Source: the human T2T-CHM13v2.0 reference genome, Homo sapiens
Assembly (NCBI RefSeq): GCF_009914755.1
Contig: NC_060927.1
Length of the DNA stretch: 64,000 nucleotides
Reading direction: 5' to 3' (one strand)
The notes below the pieces were generated by a model that did no database searches, had not been told where the DNA came from, and worked only from the letters and a program-made list of their open reading frames with translations. Positions 54,831 to 64,000 of this stretch are shown here, in pieces. Both the position numbers and the translations under genes were made by a program. Within the stretch, counting starts at the first letter, position 1. Each line of letters starts with the position of its first letter.

Positions 54831-57800
54831 TAGTTTAAAGGATCTATCCATTAAAAAGAAACAAACCAGCCAAACAAACAAACAAACAAAAAAAACCTCA
54901 AATTAAAACTAAAGAAAAGCTACTAGTCTGCAAGTGGGTAAGGAGTGTTGTCTAAGAACATAAAAGCAGCATGGGTTTTGTGTCTCATTTTTCCCTTCAA
55001 TCAAGTGAATCAGCTTGCAAGATTATAATGGTATACAGAGCTTTCAATTTATAGCCAAATTGTATTAAAGATTAAAACAACAATAAAGGATAATAAGATC
55101 AATCTGACAAGATTTGGTGTTAGATGCCCTGCTTAATATTTTCATCTTTGCGAGAAGATACTGCTGGAAATGTCAGAAAACAAATAGAGAATCGGAGGCC
55201 TGCCCTATTAATTGCATATTTATTCTTATCCTGCCCTCATTTTTCATATATGGACAATCACAGTTAATCACAAAGCATTTCTCTCGGGATCCTTTGTGAA
55301 GTGTGAAATAAATATTCCAATAAAATGTTTAGTAGAGTGTGTCTGGTTTCCAATTAAAGAAACATACTTGTATAATATCATGAATTCCTTCCACAAAACA
55401 TTTCCTCTGTGTAGAAACACTTCACAATACATTTTAAAATAACCCTATTGTCAGGATAACTTAACAGCAGAGTGCCTGCTGAGTCCCCCTACCGTTACTT
55501 CCCCCAACACTCCCTGAGGAATAGTCTACACAGAATAACTTGATCTTGTCTGTATATGCAGTCAGCCAGCGTGGTTTGAAAACACTGTTAGTCATCCTAC
55601 TAATGAGTATGTATCACCCCATAATCAATATGGCTAGCACACCACTAGAGTGATCGCATAAACCAATTCTGTCAAAACATACCGAATGATTACCTATGGC
55701 CACCATCTATCCATGGAGTATCTAGAATAGACTTGGACTTGTTTTTTTTTCTGTTTTCACCCCATTTCCTTTTGTCCCTTCCGTGCTTTTAATCTTCCTT
55801 TAAAGAATCCCAATCTCTCTCTTAGTAACATGGAAAAAACACAAGGAGGCAATCCATTTTCTGAATGGTGGAACCATACATTCAAAGCATTTAATTAGAG
55901 CTAATTTAAGAAGGTTTTCTTAGTCTTTAGGACAAAATCCCTCAAGGGAAATAGTGAGGCAATTGTTTGATGTCTTTCACTTGGTTTGTTGGCTCACCTT
56001 TGGTGTTCTTAGTTATGTCTGGAAAAAAATCAGACGGGTGGGCTTGTCTTGATTCTCATGGAAGCAGCATTGTCCTGACAGTCTGATCACTGTTCTAGAA
56101 ATCAAGTTTTTCCAGCTCCAAGTTACTGACAAGTCTGTCTGCAGCTTTAAGGACAGCCTTGCTTAGAGAGCTATTTTCTTTGAAGTGGATGTCAAACTAA
56201 CACAGTGATCATACTGTAACAACTCGGTTTTTTTTTTCCTTTATTAAAGTCACAGGTCGCAAGAAGTTATCTGGATTTCATGTGAACCATGAGAAGTGAG
56301 AATTTCCAAAGACTTTTTTAAAGGAACAAACTACCAAGAAATTTTTAATTGAAAAAAAAAAAAGATAACTGTGGTCATGTGACATGAACCTAAAATTCAA
56401 TATATCATTTGAGAAACCTCATTAGGAGGCTAAAGTATCTTCCTGTGTATGATAGACCAAAGTCAGAATGGTAATTGACTAGAGTACAGGATTTTAAAAG
56501 AATCAGATTTGCCACTTTATCTCAGGTTGTCTTCTCAAGGGACTTTTTAAACTCCTCAATTTTGAAATGAAAACAAGAATAAAAATAATAGTGTAGATGG
56601 ATGGCTATTGAGGCAGAACTTGAAGTCTTCTAATGAGAAATTATGCATTTTAAAAACTGCCAAATACTTTGAGTTTTACCAGTGTAGACATCACTTCACT
56701 GTGGGAAGAACCATTTTTAATTAAGTGGATGTAAGACAAATAGGCATCCATTGTTCTGGGGCAAAAGTGTATTAGGCTTCTTTTTAATTTTTCCCCTGCG
56801 ACTGAAGCTGCTCCACTCTAAATCCCTTAGAATATGAAATTCTAAGAATGCTATGAGGGGGATGGACAAATTTCTAAGATGATTTCTGGAAAGAAAGTAA
56901 TAGAAAACCTCACCCCTGTTTCCTTTGATGTTGCAGATTATTGAAACACCTTTAGCTGACTGAGGATGATATGGCTGAGGTTAGCTGGAAGTTTAGAATC
57001 CCCTGAAAAACTTACCACAAAGAATAGATTCTGGACTACAGAGTCAGGCTGCAGATTACGCCTGGGTTTTCTTAGGCATGGTTTTCTTCCATGGAAAACT
57101 TTCCTGAACCAACCACCTTGACACAGTGGGTTTGCCACAAAAAGAAAATAAATAAGTAAGCTGTGTGAGCACATATGTGTTGAGAGTGTGTGTATGTATG
57201 TGGCTGCATGATATTGGGTCCACTGTCTGCTGGCAAGGGGTAACCATGGCTGAGGTGACCACTGCTCAGAAGGCTTCGTCTCCCTACTCAGACCTACACC
57301 TTTGGAATCTCAGCAGGGCACAGTGAGAAAGCAGCACCATTTTCAACAGCCAACACCTACCCAGTGAAGCCAGAGACTGCAGACAACCAATCAACTGATT
57401 TCCTCTTGATGGAATTTGGTTATAATCTCAATTACCCACGGAATCTGAGATAGCCTCTGGATTATTGAGCTCTGCTAGAACAGTGGTATCCTTATAATGC
57501 TAAGATGGCTGCTCCAGGTCAAGCTGAATTGAATATTTAAAGAGATATGTCCCCATTTGGTTCTGAGGTTCATAAATGCTAGTGAATCTATGCAAAAATA
57601 CATCATTTAACATTTATTCCAAGCTTACTGTATGCCAGACACAGCAGCAAGCACTTCACACATATTAACCTTCATCATGTCTTATTCTTATCTTCACCAT
57701 GTCATGCTTTGACAAAAGATCACACAATCATTAAGTGAAAGGCAAGCATTCAAACTCAGTCCCATCTGATTCAAGATCAGTTTGGCAATATAGAAGAAAT

Positions 57801-58872
57801 CAGCTAGTATTATCAATCTCAAATTTCAAATGCTATTATGAAAATCTCTTAGTAAAGAAAATAATAAATAGCTGCAGCCCTGTTCATTTAAGGCGTTAGC
57901 TACTTAATCTCTTAAAATCAATCCCCTAGGGAGAGTACTGATTTATTAGAGAAAAATGAATGCAGTACAATATAAACATTACATTTTCAGAGAATAATTT
58001 CTAAGAAATTCTAAGTGAAGATCAGTCAATGATGTTGTTAGTACACTTAATACTTTATCTTTCTATATATTTTACATTGTATAACCCACCCTCCCATATG
58101 TAATTTTAATTGCTTTCCATAGGCGGCAATTTGATTGGAATTAAAGTTTAACTTGCCAACTTAAAAAGGTTTGTTTCTTATTTCAAAAAAGAAAAAAAAG
58201 GACACTTTGGAAGTATTAGCAATAATCCAAGCAAATACCATTTTCCCCTCCTATTTTGCCACTTCTCTTATTGGTCCCACTATGCTCTCATTCAATCCAA
58301 GCTTAAAACCCTGAGGTCACTTATCTTTCTCCTTCTTCTTTCATATTTATATACACACCAAGGCCTGTGACTTTTTACTTATTTAATTACCCCACATTCT
58401 TGAGGTGACTTTTCTTTCTAGATTAAATATTAGCCACCATAAATTCTACTAATGATCACCTCACACAATATACCAAGGCTCTTCTTAAGCTTGCCTATCT
58501 TCAGTCTTACCTCCTTGATCCATACCATACAATCCCAAAACTGACTCACCAAACACCATGTATATCAGTTTCAATGGAGCTCTTTTTGACTATTCAAGAA
58601 TATATTAAATCATTAGCCTAGTATTCAAGAAAACCCACAATGGAGCCCCAACCTGCATTTCTATCTCCCCTTCCACCTCTGTTCTCCTAAACTCATTCCT
58701 CTCCCATCTTTCAAAGTTCAACTTAGATCATATTTCCTATAGGAAAATGCTCTGACCACGCCAGATAAAATAGACAGTCCATTGTAAATGCAAGGTGTCT
58801 ATTCCACTTATTTAGCACAAAATTATTTCATGGAATTACCAGTTTATTTTCCACGTATATATCTTTATTTGA

Positions 58873-59089
<217 letters not shown>

Positions 59090-60524
59090 GACTCTTCTTA
59101 ATACATATATATTTATACTCTTAATATTGAGTATAACTTCTATATTGTATATAAATATACTGTATATAAATATTACTATTTCTGCCTCATAAAGTTCCAT
59201 TTAACTTATTTTGGGAAACCCAACCCTTCATGAGATTTGTTTCCATGACCTTAAATGAAATAGAGTGATGGCAGCAGATTGGAACTAGTCAGGTCAAATT
59301 TAGCTCCTATTTTAGTTGTTACTTAACATAAAGCTCTCTTTTCAGGGCCTCATGGTGGAGTTCTGTTCGTCTCCATGTACAGAGTCTGTAATTGGCATAA
59401 ATGTTCAGTGTCTACAGATGTGCCAAGTGTCACAATCTGACTTTGTGACTCAAATGGATTTTGCAGCTCATACCACGGAAAAAAAGACTATTTGATGACC
59501 AGTGACATCCCTTAAGCTGACAAATCACTTCCTTGTTATCCCTGGCATCTTCCACACCTAGCCCATTGCTAAGTGACAGCTCTAAGGGATGGTGAAAGTT
59601 GAAGCAAAAAATGAAAACCAATATCATTAATTTAAATACTGACAGGACTTAGGCAGACTGGAGTTTTCAGCCAGCCATTTTGAGACAGATATAGGATTTT
59701 GCTGTTAAAATCAAAAAGCTAAGTCCCATAGCTTTCCCATGTGGCAGGTTTTAATGCCTAAAAGAAGTTTTAACAGTGGCTCAGATGGTTGCTGGTCACA
59801 TACACTGTGGCTTATAGTCCTCCTCTTAAATGGGTTAACATCTTCTTTAGCTTAGATGAGTATTATTGATATGAATTCTGCTATGTCACATTAAAAGGGC
59901 ATAGTAGGGGTTTCACAGCTGAGATTCAAACATACTTTGGAGATGCTGTGGACAAGAGATCTGGCTGCTAGTCTATCTGCCCGAGGCAGTCTGGAACCTC
60001 TTGGAAGATAATTCTTTCTAAGCAAAGAAGGAATCAGGCCCAAAGCCTCAGCTGACAAAATCAACATGGTTTCTGTCATGCCATCTCCCCAGGGACTTAT
60101 ATCTGGGTCCGAAGAAGACAGAAGGCTGTGAGTAAAAATTAAACAACATTGGGGTGCAAGTTACTACTACTTTGAAAGAACCTCTAATAAAGGATAGCTC
60201 CCAAAATGGAAAAAGTAGTCCCCAGCAGAAGAGGCAGCAGTGCGGGAGAGACTAATGTGAGCAGTCAGCAACACCTGCACCCAGAGGAGGTCGCAATGCC
60301 GTGTAAATGCACCGGCGGCGCCCAGAATACATCACACAGCTTATGATCAGTCTTGTTCATGAGCACATGGCAGTCACCCTTGTTGCCTTCTCAGAAATAC
60401 CTGAGAAGGGTGATTAAAGGTGTTTAGAGGGCTAGAGTCTGGCAATGACCAGTGACAGCAGTGAAATATGGTAAAACTACCAAAATGACCCCATTTTTAC
60501 TCAGGGTGCAATGAGTGAAAATAA

Positions 60525-60745
60525 TAACAATATAGCTAATGTTTATTGAGTACTCTGAACAGACATTTTTTACTTAGTAGCTTATTTGATCCTCAAGTCA
60601 ATTCTATGAGAAAGGTACTACTATCCTCTTCATTTTAGAGATGAGAAACCTGAGTCCTAAAAAGATGAAGTAATTGGCCCTAAAGCTAGGAGCTGATCAG
60701 TAATAGCCTAGATATTTTAATGAAGTTCCAGAGCCTGATGGATAG
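60525..60745 (-). mobile_element. MIR SINE remnant
   Basis: AATATAGCTAATGTTTATTGAGTAC...CATTTTAGAGATGAGAAACCTGAG, a MIR core. Confidence 0.65.
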
Positions 60746-61083
60746 CCACAAGTAATATAAGCTACTTGCTTGCACTATGGAAGGAGCTAGGAGGGCTTGT
60801 TATAAAAGCTAAATACAAATTCTTTGTTTTAATAAAGGCTAAAATTGGTACAGCTGTTTAACATTAGCTAAGTATGTACTACAGCTAAGTAGGGGATAGG
60901 ACCTCACTCTTAAAATGAGCCAGAAAAATCTCCATAGCCTGGTAAGGAAACATCCCAGAGCAGGCAGCCTGATATACAGCCAGATAGGCTGAGGCCAGTA
61001 CAGGACTGTTCAGCACTCCTGCAGCTGCTGCCACATTGTCTTTGAGACTCCATGGGAACTGCTCACAGAGGCTGGGAATTCTT

Positions 61084-61380
61084 TTTTTTTGTTTTTTTTT
61101 TTTGGATACGGAGTCTGCTTTGTTGCCCATGCTAGAGTGCAATGGCACTATCTCAGCTCACTCTGCCTCCCGGGTTCAAGCAATTCTCCTGCCTCAGCCT
61201 CCCAAGTAGCTGGGATTACAGGTGTGTGCCACCATGGCCTGGCTAATTTTTGTATTTTTTGTAGAGATGGGATTTCACCATGTTGGCCAGTCTGGTCTTG
61301 AACTCCTGGCCTCAAGTGATCAGCCCGCCTTGGCCTCCCAAAGTTGATGGGATTACAGTCGTGAGTCACAGTGCTCACCT
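61084..61380 (-). mobile_element. AluS (Sx/Sz-like)
   Basis: CCATGTTGGCCAGTCTGGTCTTGAACTCCTGGCCTCAAGTGATC; TSD GGGAATTCTT on both sides. Confidence 0.9.
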
Positions 61381-61665
61381 GGGGGGAATTCTTATTCCCT
61401 TGATGTGGACAGAGCTGGAGGTAGATACTCTCTGCATATTGGGAAGGCCACTGTTGGTACTTACCTGGGCTAGGCTTAAGGAGACTTTAATTCTTCCTGA
61501 TTTTTCCTACAAACTTATTTTCTCACTCTAGGTATTAGTTTCCTTTGTTATAAAATGAAAGAGTTGGAACAGCTCACCTCTGAATTTCTGTGTGACAAAG
61601 AAATAAAGACTCTGAATTAGAAAACTGGGAAAGCAGTTTTTATATTTTTACTATAAACTTTTAGC

Positions 61666-61757
61666 AAGAAGGAAGGAAGGAAGGAAGGGAGGGAGGGATG
61701 GAGGGAGGGGTAGGGTAGGGGAGGGGAGGGGAGGGAGGGAAGGAAGGAAAAGAAAGA
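61666..61757 (+). repeat. polypurine (GGAA)n/(GGGA)n/(GGGGA)n tract
   Basis: Read directly from sequence; many G3-G4 runs with short loops. Confidence 0.9.
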
Positions 61758-63886
61758 TTAACACTTCAAAAATAAGCTAATAGAGGCAGGGGTTTAGGAT
61801 TATAGTGACTCTAGTGACTCTAAGAAAGGTAAAACAGATGACAGAAAGGCGGAGAGGGGGAGAAAGAGAGAAGACATCCCAAAGTTAGCAGCTCCTAGAA
61901 AGGGGTGAAAGGTCTTCTCCAGGTTTTAATAGAAATAGATTAAACCTTTCCTTAGTGTGTTAAAACAGCCTGTAGGATATTTTATGGGCCAAGACAAATC
62001 ACAGCCTTCTCCATTCAAGACCCAATGTACAAAAGAAATGAGGTGGAGAATACCAGGAAGGTTTAAAAGTGACTCTATCTGCTAACAATCAGGGACACGC
62101 TTCTTGACCTTGTAAACAATGGAACTTCTGGATTCATCTCCTTTAGAAGCCTTTGTCCCTTAGAATGTTTTAAACTAGGCTAGACAAAGAGTGCACTGTT
62201 TTAGAAATGTTCTATATTGTATTAAAGAGCTTATGGTAGAGAATGGTCTGATGGGGATCCCTGGGGTAAAGAACTGGGTGACCTATAACTTCTTTATTCT
62301 TGTGGATTTCTGCTATCTTAAACCTTTTGCTGCAAGTATCACGTCCCTGAGGAATGGGGAATTGAAATTCAACAGGTGGCTTGGCTGGCTCTTTCCAACA
62401 GATGTAGGAGACGCATGCCAAATATTCTGTCACCAACGTCACCTAAATCACATGCATGCGAGCTCACTCTTGCTCTCTAATAAACACACACACACACACA
62501 CACTCATCACCTACACACTTTTCTCCTGCCCTGCACTTCTGGCAGGGGACTACAAAGTCAAAGTGAGGAAGAAGGCTTTGCTGCTGTGCAGTGTTTAGAG
62601 TTCCCCATGAAGTAAGACACAGGGAGAGGGCCAGTCATACTTCTTATCTCATCATTGCCCTAACAATGTACCCATTTTAGGATAGAAACCTAAACAAAAA
62701 AACAAAAAAAACAAGGCATCCTACAATGTATCAACCATGTAAGAATAAATTCACTAGGAATAACTCAATTCTCTGATCCTAAATACAAACAAAAACAAAA
62801 CAAACTACCAGCTAAACAAACTGAACTGAGATTATGCTACTCTCTGTTACCATTTTAGTGTCATATAGATTCTATAGGCTCCAATCCTAGAAAATGCCTA
62901 AAAATGATGCTGGATATAGAAAATTGGGTGGTATGGGGAGGAGAGTGGAAAGAAATCATGTAGCTCTGATTTAGTACATGTCATCATGTTTTTTATTGAA
63001 TATCTGGTATGCACTGAGCAAAATATTACCCTCGCCCTCAAGGGGCTTTGAGCTCATTAAAAAAAACTGGACACGTAAATAGCCAATTAAAATGAAACAA
63101 AGTACTTTTATTATTGAGGCAAAGCAAGCATGGTAACACATAGGAAGGATTTTGATTGTGAGGTAATGGTTAGGGTAATCAGAGAAAGTTTCACAAATGG
63201 AGGAGGTTAAAGAGGAAGAAGAAGAAAATAATTTTTTCTTGCTTAATAGTCTTATCCCCAATTTACAGATTAAAAATTAAAGCTCACAAGAATTTAAAAA
63301 CTTGCCCAAGATAGCTGAACTGAACTACAACAGACAGTTGTGTACAGACCTCTCTGTGTTGAATGCCATGCCATCATACCAAGGAGACAACTTTGAACTG
63401 ATCCATCAAGATGTAGAAACATACAATAGACGGAGATAGAGAGATCAACATGAATAAAGAAACAGGGGAGTAAAAGTGCATTGCAAAATTTGAAATCTAA
63501 TGAGGTTGAAGCATCAAACACATGGGTGGATACAGAAGATGAGACTGGAAACATTTCAAGTGGCAAATGTAGACACAAAAAGTTCATATCTTAGAAAAAT
63601 ATAAATCATAGTCACTCTCCCAATTGTTCATCTATGTCTCCTCCTCACTCTGATCAATCTTGATTTAAGAAAACTCCACTATATTGAAGGCATATGTGTT
63701 AGATACTCAATACTCACTAGATGGCTAAAATTGTTGGGGTTGGCGTTGTTTTTAACAATCAGATGAACAATAAATTGAATATTTTAATATTTAATATGTA
63801 AATATTTCTTGAAGAAAGAAAAGGAAGGAGGGAAAAGAAAAGAATAGGAAAATAGAGCCTAAAGAAATCAAATCCATAGATTACTC

Positions 63887-63957
63887 TCATGCTCTTATAG
63901 TCTTCAAAGTACTTGAAATTCATCATGCTCTTACAGTCTTCAAAGCACTTGAAATTC
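63887..63957. repeat. 36-bp tandem duplication
   Basis: TCATGCTCTTAYAGTCTTCAAAGYACTTGAAATTC(A) twice, with two T/C differences. Confidence 0.9.
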
Positions 63958-64000
63958 TATCATTGGCACACGTTAACCTACTGATAAAATTTTAGAAAAT

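Noticed and set aside
63380-63595. Purine-rich coding-like stretch (ALQNLKSNEVEASNTWVDTEDETG...)
   Set aside because: Short frame bounded by stops, with no splice signals or recognisable homology.
63887-63957. CRISPR-like 36-bp repeat
   Set aside because: Only two adjacent units with no spacer, in primate DNA; a simple tandem duplication.

Overview
AT-rich, CpG-poor primate genomic DNA (Alu, THE1 and L1PA2/3-type content point to human or great ape). It is mostly interspersed repeats: one full-length but dead 6,030-bp L1PA3-type element, a 3'-truncated L1, a twin-primed 5'-inverted L1, a long old L1M, eight Alus, MLT2/THE1/MLT1 solo LTRs, an ERVL-class pol remnant and MER5/MER58/MIR/L2/L3 fossils. 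I recognise no well-known protein gene, RNA gene or CRISPR array. The best gene candidate is a minus-strand spliced ORF (29781-29557 joined to 29022-28648, 199 aa). It has a good Kozak context, canonical splice sites and an in-frame upstream extension interrupted only by TGA stops, and it may be a decayed C12orf71-like gene (inference). The most unusual mobile-element event is a 5'-intact L1 that ends inside ORF1 with no poly(A) yet has a perfect 15-bp TSD. It keeps an open ORF0 and shares several apparently non-consensus bases with the inverted full-length L1 about 25 kb away. Repeat subfamily names come from recalled consensus sequences, and boundaries without TSDs are approximate.
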